Source of the DNA: Chrysomallon squamiferum
Taxonomy: Eukaryota; Animalia; Mollusca
DNA length: 64,000 nucleotides
Direction of reading: 5' to 3'
NCBI GenBank assembly: GCA_012295275.1
Contig: CM022669.1
Location: forward strand, 18,724,001 to 18,788,000
Part shown: in pieces, positions 46,105 through 58,959 of the stretch
Layout of the letters: each line of letters opens with the position of its first letter
Numbering within the stretch: the first letter of the stretch is position 1
The notes under the pieces: model-generated
The model's database searches: none
What the model was told of the DNA's origin: nothing
What the model saw: the letters and a program-made list of their open reading frames with translations, nothing else
Program-made: the position numbers and the translations under genes

Positions 46105-46542
46105 ACAAATAAATATAAAAGAAGACTGTAATTATATACGTTTTATTAATGCATTCATGTTTCTATATTTGTAATTTCTAAATACATTATGTATATAATA
46201 AAGATATTAATAAAATAACTAAATACAGCATCAGTTAATTTAGTTTTGCTGAAAACTGGATAGGTTTCCAAGCTATGTTTATAACTGAACATTGTTCTAT
46301 ATTTGTAAGCATTCTGTCGAGACACAGAGCTAAGAGACTGAGTGATGTGCAGGTAATTGCAGGTGGGTTGTGTTTGTAAACAACTTCTGACTATTTTTAA
46401 ATTAGGTAAAATGCGAAATACACAGAGGGACAGTGGTGATGAAGAAAGGAATAAAGAAAGAATGAAAGACTCTTTCTTTGTCTTTTTCTCTCTTTGAATA
46501 TGTAGATATAATTATATTTATATATGTGCATATGTAGAGAGA

Positions 46543-46592
<50 letters not shown>

Positions 46593-47997
46593 AAGACAGA
46601 CAGACGGACAGAAGTCAACTATGACATAACTCATTTATATAAGTGTTTAAAATCTGTGTTTGTCGCGCTCATCAATTAGTTAGTATATTGATCGGTTATC
46701 TAATGCACTCAACAGATTACACGCAGTTTGCGGACATTTACTAAACAACTCTGCAAATTGCTTAATTCCCTCCGCGAATCACTAATAATACAATCTTCAA
46801 AAGCTTTTATATTAAAAAAAAAATAATTTAAAAAATAAAAAATGTCAGAAATCAACACGCAAGTCTCCTGTTTCATTTTCGTGATTAGAGACGAAAGCAA
46901 GCATTAAAGTTTTAATACAGAATGATATGTTTTTATTATTTTTTTTTTTTAGTACTCATTTTAAATCTGTTTAGTTTGCTTGTTTTCTTTGAGAAATGTT
47001 ATTTTGAATTAGAAAATTTATTTTTATTCAACGAAGAAGTAAGATGATGTATTTTTTTTTTTTAAATAATTATTCATTTAGACATGCACTGATATGCAAC
47101 CATAAACACACACCGACAAAAATAAATAATAAATAAAAATAACAAAGACAATAAATAAATGCATAGTTGTCTGTGTAGATATATTTAACAGGTGCATAAA
47201 AATATGTAAAAGACATACGTACACACGTACAAACACATGCACACACATATACATAAAATTATATAAACATCTTAAATATAATAATATGTATATATATACA
47301 GACATACAGATACACATATGAAAACGAAAAAAGGATAAACAGATAAGTAGACAGACTGACAGACAGATAGATATTCATGTATCTATCTATATATAGGTAT
47401 AACTTATTATCTATCTATATTATATATATACAAACATACATACACACAGAGAGACAGGCAAACAGAGAGTATATATATATATCTACATACATTTATACAG
47501 AAACAAACACACACAGTATAAGATATACACCTATAATCACATGTCACTCGCGTATATACACATACAAGTATTTTTCTTTGCTGTCATGATTCGAAATAAG
47601 CCGTGACCCAGCCACAGCTACTCAGAATTTCACTCAGAAATCTTGTTGGAAAATGCCTACTTGACGAGTCATCCGACCGTGACTTCATTCTGCTTGCTGC
47701 CCGTGTTTTTATTGAAACCTCCGTGTCACACAAGATGGGGGTGGGGTTGAGTGCAGTGTCAGTGAATCGTCTGAATGAATCTCGTCTGAAATCTGGCGTG
47801 CACAAATGGGGTTAAGACAGAGTGGGGGAAAACTTAATGAATTCAGAAAAATGATCTCAGTAATTTTTTGTTCTTGAAAAAAACACTTGAGAAAGAAAAT
47901 CACGGATTGTTGGAAAAGTGAACTAATTTTAAGAACAAGTGGAGGGTTTATTTCTTTTTTTTCAAAGTAAAACATTTAAGTATAGGATTTTCAGAGG

Positions 47998-48049
<52 letters not shown>

Positions 48050-48073
48050 GTTGTTGTTGTTATTATTATTGTA

Positions 48074-48132
<59 letters not shown>

Positions 48133-49427
48133 TACTATTATTATTTTTAAATAAACGCAATAATAATATATAATTCACTGGTTTGTATTACTTCTATTTA
48201 ATTTTTATAAGCTTTAATTTTATTATTAGATTAGTATCTTAATAAATAAATAAATAAATAATTAAACAAATAATTAAACAAACAACCAAATAAATAAATA
48301 AATAAATAAATAAATATTTAAACAAATAAATAAACTAGCAAGTAACCAATTTAAAAAATAAAATAGAGGCAGATGTGCATATATGTGTCTATGCATGTGT
48401 GTGTGTGTGTAATAATATAATTTAAATAATACAATTATCGTAACATGATATTTATAAAATTAAATCGTCGCAGAGATATAAATTTTATAAGCTAATCACG
48501 TCAGCCATATATTCTATAATAAATGTTTGTGTCATTAGATTTTTATTCATTTTCTCAGAATTAAAAATTATATCAACTTCTTTTTTCTGTGTTTTAATTA
48601 GATTTTCATAATTTATTTTCGTCAGTTGCCATATGCCAGCATCAAATAGCCTACGGTTGTGTTTTCTTTATGTTAACAAGATCTTTAATAACAAGGTGAA
48701 TTAGGATTTTTTTTTGTTCTTTTTAAAAAAAAACTAATAATAATAATAATACAAAAAATAAAAAATAAAAATAAAAATAAAAAATTAAGAAAAAAAATTA
48801 AATCAAGAAAAATAAAAATTAAAAATGATTTCATTTATTCTTTCATTTTCTAATTTTAAATATTATTTTATTCATTTCTTTATTCCTTCTTTCGTTCATT
48901 CATTATATTTTTTTTTTTATTCCTTCATTCGACATACCGTTCTTTCATTAATTCAGGATACCTTAATTATTTAATTAATTAATTCATTCGTCATTTTATC
49001 AAAACTTTAACCGTTCATTCATTCTTCATACGTTCGTTCTTTCTGTCATTCTTTAACTCATTAATTCATTCATTCATTCAACACACCTTAGTTCTTTCTT
49101 TAATTCGTTCATGCAATCTGAAGTAAATACTGTTTACATTCGTGTCAGTTGTAGCATAAAAATTTAATGCAGAATTCATCACGAATATGTTACAACTGGC
49201 AACACCCCATAAAATAAAATAAAAACTTTTGTTTATGTAAATATTCACTGAACGGAATTAATTTTTTGTGTCAACCACTTTTGTCAAATACTTTTATAAA
49301 CATTTTTGAAATATATATTCTACAACGATCCACTGGGTTTACATAGGCCTGTATAAAAATACTGTTGTTGTTGTTGTCGTTATTGTTATTCTTATTATAA
49401 TTAATATTAATTATTTACTTTAATTTG

Positions 49428-49488
<61 letters not shown>

Positions 49489-49619
49489 ATATCTATGTAT
49501 GTATGTATATATGTGTGTGTGTGTGTGTACGTATGCATGTATGTATGATTAATATAAAAAAACATTCAGAAACTATGTGTAATATCTGGAACTTGAAATG
49601 CAATAGCTGCAAGTATCTG

Positions 49620-49905
49620 ACTGCAGCTGACAGTTTGAGCAGGGAGACAAGACTCAGACAGAACTCAACACTCCCACAAATAGCGAACACAGTTTCACTG
49701 TGAAGACTGCAGCTCTTCTGAAACTTAACAACTTTTAGTCCAAAGTCCATTCTGTTATACTGTTATCTCCTAACCATCAAAGAAACGTGTCCTTGATGTC
49801 ACAGTTTGCTCTATCCTCGCACCACTGACTCTCTGCAGGCCTGGATTTCCCATGGACAGTTCTTTCACTTCAGTGGTTACACATATTTTCTGGCATTTTC
49901 AGGAA
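49620..49905 (-). mobile_element. Decayed DDE integrase fragment, Ginger/gypsy-like (KRBA2/SCAND3-type)
   Basis: Manual translation across frameshifts and a stop: ENARKY..TTEVKEL / VHGKSRPAESQWCEDRANCDIKDTFL*WLGDNSITEWT / GLKVVKFQKSCSLHS. This resembles the family motif DNG.EF...VHGKPRHSQSQGSVERAN.DI..ML..W..DN....W..GLKFVQFQKN...HS (recalled, not searched). CpG-depleted. Confidence 0.72.
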
Positions 49906-50618
49906 TTATAAATATTTCCTGATAATGCATATTTTCTATAGCAACGTATATGAATATATTAATTATATGTCATTTATTTATTTACATAATTCCTTTTAAT
50001 ACATATTTCGAACAGCATATATATGTATTTATGTAATTATATTTTATTTATTTATTTTTAATTTTTCTTATTTAGCTTTCATAATTTTCACAAGGAACAT
50101 CTCGTGTACTTAAATGTAAATTCTGTTTTTCATATAACCAGATAAAATGTTAACAAATATTTTGTTTACTTCTTTGTTTTCCAATGCAGTTCAGTTCATT
50201 AAAGAAAAGTGTATTAATCAGTAGTATCACTAAATACAATGGTGTTTCTGTGATCCATTATTTCTTTCTATGTTGCTTCATAATACGCGATTAAACATAA
50301 CTATTTTATACAGCAGTTGACTTTAGCACACAAATCACCATAAAAGAAATTTATATTCAGCATACTCTACACTGTACGGTTTTGTTTAGTATATAAAATA
50401 TTCAAACACAATTCGAAATGTTACGAATATAGCGTTCTTTTGAATTGTATTTATTCAGCCTAATTTAATATATATTTTTATTATTAAAAAAGTTATTATA
50501 ATTTTTTTTAAATATAAAGAGAAATAAATACCTAAATCTAAACAATTACAAACAAAATAAAAACACACACACACATATAAATAGTAGATATACAGTTATT
50601 AAGCATTAAAGAAATTAA

Positions 50619-50665
<47 letters not shown>

Positions 50666-53084
50666 AAAAAATAAGAGCAAACCAAACAACAGCCATAAAT
50701 CTATTGCCAAAGAATAACTGTATTAAACATTAAAGTTAATTTATAATGTCAGCTTTTTATTTCATATCTATTTTTTCATTATTATTGTTAATATTTATCT
50801 GTTTTGCTTCTGTTTTGTTTGTTTTGTTATTATCATTAGTTAAAATATATCGGTCTGTTTACAAACTGAAGTCCATAAAAAATTAAAGAATGACGGATTA
50901 CAATGCGCTGACATAATTGTATTTACTCTAATTTATTGCTGCTGTTATCAAGATAGACTGCTGTACAGAATTATCTAGTTCTTTTTCACCGTATTGATCT
51001 GTTTCTTGTTAAAAGCTTATTAGTTTTCGTTTTATGTTTGTTTTCATTTATAGATTTTTACTTACATATATGTTTTTTTCTCTCTCTCTCTCTTCTGTTT
51101 CTGTGCTTTTAATTATTTTATTATACATATACATTTTGAATTTAGTCATATCTTTGTTTATTTATTTGTTTAAATTAGAGATTGCATCTCTCTGTGTCTC
51201 TCACTCTCGCACGAACTCACACACAGACACACTTGTTTTTGTTTTTGTTTTGTGTTTTTCTCGTAAATTTAAATTTACAACAGAATAAATGAATTATTTA
51301 GAATTAATTTATGCCTATATCAGATGTCTTGTTGAAATGAAAATCGAATGAATAGAAAAGAAAAAAAGAAACAACCCAGACATATTTGCACATTAAAAAA
51401 TAATAAATTATCATTAGCATCTGAATCGCTGAAAAACATGATCCAGAATGAATAAGAAAATACATTTTGTTTTGTAAAATAACGAATTTAAAATTTACAT
51501 GTAAACATCTTTTATTTCTTTAAAAATAAATAAAAATACTTTTGTTGTTTAGGCTTTCATCGTTAATGTTGTTGTTGTTAATGTTGTTGGTAGAGTCTTG
51601 TCTATCATTATTTATTTATTTATTGTTTTATTAATTGTTTTTTTATTTATTTATTTATTTATTCATTCATTCATTCATTCATTCATTTACTTATTTGTTC
51701 ACTATTTATTGACCTTTTCTGTTACCATAGTTGATTATAATTATTCCTAAAACTGACAGATATAAATATCCAGGTCACAAAACATTTCATTTCTGGGGTT
51801 GTTATAAGACATATACTCCAAAACTATATATATATATATTTTTATTTATATTGGAAATCTAATAACTATATAAGAATAATAAATAATTGCGTCTATCTAA
51901 TAAAGTAGCAAAAACAACCCCCCCCCCAAACACACACACACGTTCATACACATTAACACACTCTCGAACACACCTTGAAAACCTATAAGCATCAAATTTA
52001 GCATGACGTATTTAATGCTCAAAGCGCGTGCAGGTTTTGAAATAATTAGCTTAAATCTGTTTCCATGAACTAGTGCTCTTGAAAAATAAAAATAACAATA
52101 AAGAGTCTCCTTTCATGACAGACTATCTTAAGTAATATTGTGTCGAGTGTTTATTAAAATGAGGCATTCTTTATATATATATATATATACTCAGTGACCG
52201 CGATTATATCTTTTTGTAATTAAATGTAAATAAACATATACAGACATTAAACAAATACAAAGCCAGAGAAATATATACACTTTTCTGCATACACAGAAAT
52301 ATATATATATATATATGCAGCAATTATTTTCATTGTTTTAATTGTTTTCATCATCGTTATTATTATTATTATTATTATTATTATTGTTGTTGTTGTTATT
52401 ATTATTATTATTTTATCGTTACTGTTGTTGCTATCATTGTGATTATTATTATTATTATTATTGCTTTTGTTATTGTTGCTGCTGTTATTATCGCTTTTAT
52501 CATCATCAATATTATTAACAATTATTCTTATTATTTTTGTTGTTGTTGATGTTGTCGTTATCGTCACTGTCAATTATCTGTCATGTCGATTGATTATTGT
52601 AATTTAGCGGAGTTACATATATACACTAGTAAACAAAACCTCTCTCGTTTCACTGATACAATCTTCTGATATCTATCTGTTCTTATTTTCTTTATTTTCA
52701 TTTTGTTTTGTCATATCGTTCTTTTCCCCCCCCCCGCACACACATACACACTGGTTGCTTAGCGACAAAATCGTTCCCATTTTCCGATACTTTAAGCGTA
52801 TAAACAAAAGTTTGAGATGAATCAATTCATTTCAACACGTAGAGTCAGTGTCTTCAAATGAAATTGAGTAGTAATGCAGAGAGAAAAAAAAAATTAAATA
52901 AAAGCAAAAGAAGAAAATTAATATAATTTGAAAGGATGAAAATCAGCAGAGAAAATATCTGAGGCAAAGAGAACGGAAAGCAACATCGATTTTAAACACT
53001 GCTTATTCCGACAGTAATGAAAAGTGATGTCTTTTTGAATAGAACATTTTTATTTTTTATTTTTTATTTTTTGGTCATTACGTT

Positions 53085-53535
53085 GTAGTAGTATTCGTAG
53101 AAGAAGTAGCAGTAGTGGTAGTAATAGTAGTAGTAGAAGTAGTAATAGTGGTAATAGGAGAAGTAGGAGTAGTAGTAACAGTGGTAGTAACAGTATCAGT
53201 AGAGTAGTAGTAGCAGTAGTAGCAGTAGTAGCAGCAGCAGCAGCAGCAGTAGTAGTCGTAGTACTAGTGGAAGTAGCAGCAGCAATAGATGTACAGTAAT
53301 TACAATTGTAGTTGTAGGATCATCACTAGTAGTAATATTTCATAATACCAATAGTAGTTGTTGCAATTGTATTAGTGGTAGTAGTAGTAGTAGTAGTAGA
53401 GGTCTCATTGCTGTAGTAGTAACAATAGTGATAGTTGTGGATGTATTAGTAAGAGCAATAACAAGACAGTTGTAGAACAAACTCCAGCAGAGTAGTAATA
53501 ATAGTAGTTACAACAACAACAACAACAACAACAAC

Positions 53536-53578
<43 letters not shown>

Positions 53579-53687
53579 TAATTGTTGTAGTAGTTGCAAC
53601 AGTAATAGTAATAGTTGTAGTATAATAGTAATAGTAATAATATTAGTAGTACGGTAGTAATAACAGTAGTTGTGGTAACAGTTAATA

Positions 53688-53758
<71 letters not shown>

Positions 53759-53760
53759 AT
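53085..53760. repeat. (AGT/AGC/AAT)n trinucleotide low-complexity region
   Basis: Direct reading. Confidence 0.95.
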
Positions 53761-54585
53761 CGTTGTAGGAATAGTACAGTTATTTATCAGTTTTAATTGT
53801 TATGTAATGTGATAAGAATAGTAGCAGGATTAACAAAATATTGAGGGTGTTGCTGACATGTACATTGTTGTTGTTGATGCTAATGTCGTTGTTCAAACAT
53901 TATATCTGTTAATGATATCGTAGTCAACTTGTCAACAACAGAGACTAAACCAATAATTAAAACAGAAATTAATATCAAATTGAACATTATTGTCTTTTAA
54001 AAATAAAATATGTTAATAGTTTTTTATTTTTATTTATTTATTTATTTATTCATTTAATTTGATTATTTTATTTTATTTTGTTTTGTTTATTTATTTATTT
54101 TTTTTTAAGTTGCAAAAAACAGTTGAACATAAATTAACTTATAAAGTGAAATTTTACAATGCTGCATTTTTTGTTTTGTTTCGTTTATTTGAAATATTTA
54201 ACAAAAACGCAAGAGTGAATACAGAATTCATATTTTACTTTAAAAAGATGTGATACAGGAAGAACAATAAAGTGTGCGTCCAGAAATAAAGAATGGTTAT
54301 GAATATGTTTAATAATAACAAAAAATTAATTAAACAGTTTAAACAGTTTCATTTTTTAAAATTATTATTAATATTTAATTATTTATTTTTATTTTTTATG
54401 TTATAGTTATTAATATTTTTTGTTATGTTACTAATTTGTTTACAGATATTTCTTTACTAGGCTAATCTAATAAGATGAGACGTTATAAACAATTCTAATA
54501 AAATGCGGAGACTGTTATTATTCATTAAAATATTGTTATATATTCTATTACTTTTATCTGTTAATATTATATATATATAATAATA

Positions 54586-54629
<44 letters not shown>

Positions 54630-55325
54630 TTTATTATTAATACTATTAAAACAACTAATTATAATAAAGATGATGATGATAATAATAAAAAGAAGAAGGA
54701 AAAGGAGAAGAAAAGATGAAGAAATAAAAGAACAGTTAATAAATAATTTCTGCAAAACACTATATTATTATTTTAATGTATTGTGTTATACTTTATTTTA
54801 CTGTATTATAAATTTAATACAATCGTTATTACATTGCGTTATTTCTGTTTACATTATGATGTTTTGTGTTATGTTATACATTATCTTACATTATAATATT
54901 TTTCATGTTTTATGTTACATTAGAAAATAATTATATACTTTTCAAGAATTACATTACTATTTCACTGTATTTTTCTGCGATTTATTTTTACCAAAGAAAA
55001 AATAAATTACTTCACAAAACGTGGTTGATTTCTTTAAAAACAGAACATTAATAAGTTAACTTATTAATTAAGTATCAAACGAATATAAAATAATAAATTA
55101 TTAAAAGTAAGGAAATATGTAAAATAAAATATTGCAAATGAAGAAAACATAATAACAAATAAAAACTACAAACACCATAAAATAAATAAATAAATAAATA
55201 AATAAATAAAATGGAACAAATGCGACAGAATAGTATAGAATAAAAAGAAATAAAACAAAATAAAGCAAAACAAAAGTAATAAAGTAAGATAAAATAAAAT
55301 AAAATAAAATAAAATAAAATAAAAT

Positions 55326-55356
<31 letters not shown>

Positions 55357-55956
55357 AAAAAAACAAAAAAAAATAAAATAATAAAGCAAAATAAAAAAAT
55401 ATATATTTTTTTCTTTAACTCTTTGAGATAGGCTCACTATTATCGGGCAAGTCAGTGAGCTTTTGTTTGCATCTCAACATAAACGGATTACAAGTCTTCT
55501 TCAGGAATCAATTCGTTTTAGTTATCACCAAGCAACTTCTTGTTTTAAAACTCCGCATATCTTGTATTTGCATTCTATTGATATTTATTTCAATTCAAAC
55601 GAGAAGTTCTTTACGGTTTTTCACTGGTCATACTGTAAGCGCATTATTTTAAAATTTTTATTCTGATTTAAATCGAAGATTACACTACCCTGCATTAACT
55701 AAACAACGTTCTAATGAAAATATAAAGATGCTTCATTTTCAATCTGTCTTAAGGCATTATTTTTATTTTCAAGAGAAATGTCAGGTTTCAGTTTTCTGTC
55801 TTAGAGGAAAAAAAAAGAAGTGATATAATTAAGGGAATTAGTTATCAAGGATTCAGCTGTTGACTGACAAATCTTCCCCTCCCCCCCCCTCCGCTCATTT
55901 AATAAGTTAATTAATAAATCAGGTAATCGAAAATTTGTGTTATTAATATTATTATT

Positions 55957-56002
<46 letters not shown>

Positions 56003-56057
56003 TTGCTGACAAGAATTTGTTCATATGTTGTTTATTCGTATATATATATATAAATAC

Positions 56058-56137
56058 ATCTGTGACAGGTAATCGAAAGATTGTATATCTATATATATAT
56101 ATACATACATACAATCTTTCGATTACCTGTCACAGAT
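56058..56137. repeat. Perfect 29-bp inverted repeat with a 22-nt (TA)-rich spacer
   Basis: ATCTGTGACAGGTAATCGAAAGATTGTAT (56058-56086) is the exact reverse complement of 56109-56137. Confidence 0.95.
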
Positions 56138-56675
56138 ACAATTATAAATATTTTAAATTATTTTTAAATCATCAAGAAAATAAAAAAAAAGGATTGTTTG
56201 ATCGTTTTGTTTGTTTATTTGTTTTCTTTTGTCAGTATGAAATATTTTTTATTATTATATTTTTTGCATACATTAATTAATTTGATATTAACAAAACATG
56301 ATCTGTACTGTTAAAAAGAAATATTCATTGTAAATATATATTCCTAGATGATCTTTTTTTATCCTTTGTGTATAGCTGCTGTTCTATGGATATTCTTATT
56401 ATCTTTATATTTTTTTTCATATTTCCATTATTATCAGAAACATTTATTTTATTCTCGCAGATTTCTTTAAAAAAATAAAGCATTAAATTGATTTTTATTA
56501 AATGTAACAAAAACGGATTATCACGTGCACACAGAAAGAAAAAAAAAAAAAAAAAAAGAAAGAAAGAAACTTAAAATACCATTTCGATTAACATTTACGG
56601 TTAAAAACAAATATCAATAAACGTTTAGAAGCAAAGAAATAATAAATTTTTCTTCTCGTTATGTTTTTTAAAATA

Positions 56676-56681
56676 TTTATT
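56676..56681 (-). terminator. Candidate polyadenylation signal AATAAA of FoxQ2
   Basis: TTTATT on plus, followed on the sense strand by U-rich sequence. Alternative hexamers lie at 57134-57139 and ~56443. Confidence 0.35.
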
Positions 56682-57423
56682 TCACGTTCTCTAGATATAC
56701 ACACTACACATGGTGTCGGCAAGGAAGCTAAAAAGACAGTAATAACATCCTACCTTCAACGAACTCTTCCTGCATGCATTTGTTTAGCACTGGGCAAAAT
56801 AGGAAATGTTTGAAAACATTTCCTGAGTTGAGGGAAAGAAATTTTTTCTTTGGAATAAAAGACTGTCAAAGGAGATACGCTTAATGCACCATTTTTTTCA
56901 CATCCATTCCCAGTCACTTTGTATTAAAAAATAACACGATTTGTTTTCTTTAAAAAAAAAAAAAAAAAAATAAATAAAAAATAAATAAAATAAAATTTTT
57001 TAAAATGTTTTTAGTCGTTAAATATGAAATGTTTTCACAACACTGCTTTTTTGTCCACATTCACCGTTTCTCACGAAAACAATAACAAATTTCTTTCATG
57101 CGATAAATTGTATCTGATTGTTTGAAGAATATTTTTATTTTTTTTATTATTATTATTTTTTTTTTTAAATAAAGATTTCCAAAGTTCACTGGTTCAGTTA
57201 CGTATATTGTTTTCACTGACGAGTATTTGTGACCACAGAAATAACGCACCAGCCTGTTTGTACCCAAGTCCTTGAATCGTCCACTGAACAGGTGTTTGTT
57301 AAGTACTTACAAACGTATACTGGAGTTCTTTAATGCTTCACTTGGTATCAGTAATAAATAATTAAAAAATCACTTGACACAAATTAATATATATATATAA
57401 ACAGATATATATATATATATATA

Positions 57424-58815
57424 TTATAGTTCTTCTGAATCAGTTTTTATTGGCGAATCCGTCCGTAGTCCGTCCATTGTTTGTCGCAGTCTGTTGGCCG
57501 CTTCGGCAGAAAACATTGGCATTTGTGGTAGCATCATGGAGTACGCTGCAGACGTCGAAGCTAGCATGGGGTAGAGGTAGGAAGCGTACGTGTTCCACGA
57601 CGCCGGAGTTGTAGCGTGGAACGCACTGGGTCGGACCCGAGCAGCATTGGTGACGGGCCAGGAATAGAGATCTGACGTTTTTGTGCAGATTTCTGCAGCT
57701 CTTTGTTCTTGCAGCTCTAAACTCGCCGTGGGTGACGACACGGGGCTGGGGGACTCCGACGTTGAGCTGTTTGCCCGCGTTTCACCCGGACTTTGATCTG
57801 CTGCTGTTGTTTTCTGCGACTGTTTCTCGTCCCCCACGTCTATGGAGGTCTGGTCCTCTCCCTCCCCCTCCGCCTCCCCCTCCGCCTCACCCTCCTCCTC
57901 CTCCTTCGCCTCCTCCTGTATTGTTTCTGTTTTACTCTTGTTTTCTGTCACACGACTGTCAAAACTGACCTGAGGAAACGAAGGACGATCGCACACACGT
58001 TTCGGATCGGGCGCTAGAATACTTTCCATGTCGAACAGTCTTTTCTTGACGGGCGGGTTCGAAACTCCTGACTGGCCCTGCGACGGCTGGGGCTCGTTCC
58101 CTTGTCCCCGAACCCCGTTCTCGGAATCTTTATTCTCGTCGTCTTTGCCGTTGTTCACCAACCTGTCCTCTCCCCAGGTGGACTGCGGGGTGGGGGACGG
58201 GCTCGGACTGTCGTCTTCGTCCGGGACTGCGAGTCCCATGTGTTTCCTGACTTTCCTCTGAGCTCTGCGACGCCTGAAATCACCGCGTCCGAAATCCTCG
58301 ACGTTGGCAGGATGCACGGCCCAGTAATGTCCCTTCCCGTTAGCGCTCCTGCCCGACTTGATGAAGCAGTCGTTGAGGGACAGGTTGTGTCGAATGCTGT
58401 TTCTCCACCCGGGCCCTCTGGTTCTGAAGTAAGCGTAGTTATCAAGAATCCACTGGTAAATGTCACTCAGCACTAGTTTCTTCTCTTTGGCACTCAGTAT
58501 CGCCATTGCTATCAGCCCGATGTAACTCTGGCTGGGCTTCGGTTCTTCCTGGATGTACCTGGCCCTCAGGTCGTGTTTGTACAGGTAGCTCTGGGTGTAA
58601 GGGTCCGGCAGATGCGGGTGGTACGGAGAGATACCCAGGCTGGTGGGGTAGCCGCGGATACCGTACTGCAACCTCGCCCCGTAATCGCACAACTGCGGCC
58701 GTTGATAATCTAAAGCTGTGAGCTGCCCCATGTTAGGTGTGAACGAAAAATACGGCCCTGGGGTGGGGATCTTCAAGCCGTAGGGTAGGAGTGCGCCAGC
58801 GTTGGTACTACACAT
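57424..58815 (-). CDS. FoxQ2: Forkhead box transcription factor, FoxQ2 class (fd102C-like), intronless, 463 aa
   Basis: Long GC-rich ORF. The forkhead domain EEPKPSQSYIGLIAMAILS...WRNSIRHNLSLNDCFIKSGRSANGKGHYWAVHPANVEDFGRGDFRRRRAQRKVRKHMGL has FoxQ2/fd102C-type residues (SYIGLIAMAI, GRSANGKGHYWA, GDFRRR.AQRKVRKHMGL). The start context accacgATG has A at -3. Confidence 0.95.
   Translation of the reverse strand: MCSTNAGALLPYGLKIPTPGPYFSFTPNMGQLTALDYQRPQLCDYGARLQYGIRGYPTSLGISPYHPHLPDPYTQSYLYKHDLRARYIQEEPKPSQSYIGLIAMAILSAKEKKLVLSDIYQWILDNYAYFRTRGPGWRNSIRHNLSLNDCFIKSGRSANGKGHYWAVHPANVEDFGRGDFRRRRAQRKVRKHMGLAVPDEDDSPSPSPTPQSTWGEDRLVNNGKDDENKDSENGVRGQGNEPQPSQGQSGVSNPPVKKRLFDMESILAPDPKRVCDRPSFPQVSFDSRVTENKSKTETIQEEAKEEEEGEAEGEAEGEGEDQTSIDVGDEKQSQKTTAADQSPGETRANSSTSESPSPVSSPTASLELQEQRAAEICTKTSDLYSWPVTNAARVRPSAFHATTPASWNTYASYLYPMLASTSAAYSMMLPQMPMFSAEAANRLRQTMDGLRTDSPIKTDSEEL
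58015..58035 (-). other. EH1-like Groucho/TLE-binding motif FDMESIL (aa 261-267), preceded by basic KKR
   Basis: Fits the FxIxxIL-type EH1 pattern and lies C-terminal to the forkhead domain. Confidence 0.75.
58264..58539 (-). other. Forkhead (winged-helix) DNA-binding domain, approx. aa 93-184
   Basis: KP.SY start, WRNSIRHNLSLNDCF recognition helix, GKGHYW wing and basic tail. Confidence 0.95.
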
Positions 58816-58901
58816 CGTGGTAGTCGGCTAGCCTTGTTGTTGTTGTTGTTGTTGTTGTTTTGTCACAGCGCCTTGTTGTCGACCGTGCGATGGTGCTGCA
58901 G

Positions 58902-58943
58902 CTATTCCCCAGTCGTGCGATGTGTCTCCGAATCTTTGTTCAT
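58902..58943 (-). other. Upstream ORF in the predicted 5' UTR (MNKDSETHRTTGE*)
   Basis: acaATG at 58943 to TAG at 58902, ending 86 nt before the main ATG. It depends on the predicted TSS near 58966. Confidence 0.5.
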
Positions 58944-58959
58944 TGTGGGTATCCCTTAC

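Noticed and set aside
57681-58721. ORFs overlapping FoxQ2 on the opposite strand or in alternative frames
   Set aside because: Shadow ORFs of GC-rich coding sequence.
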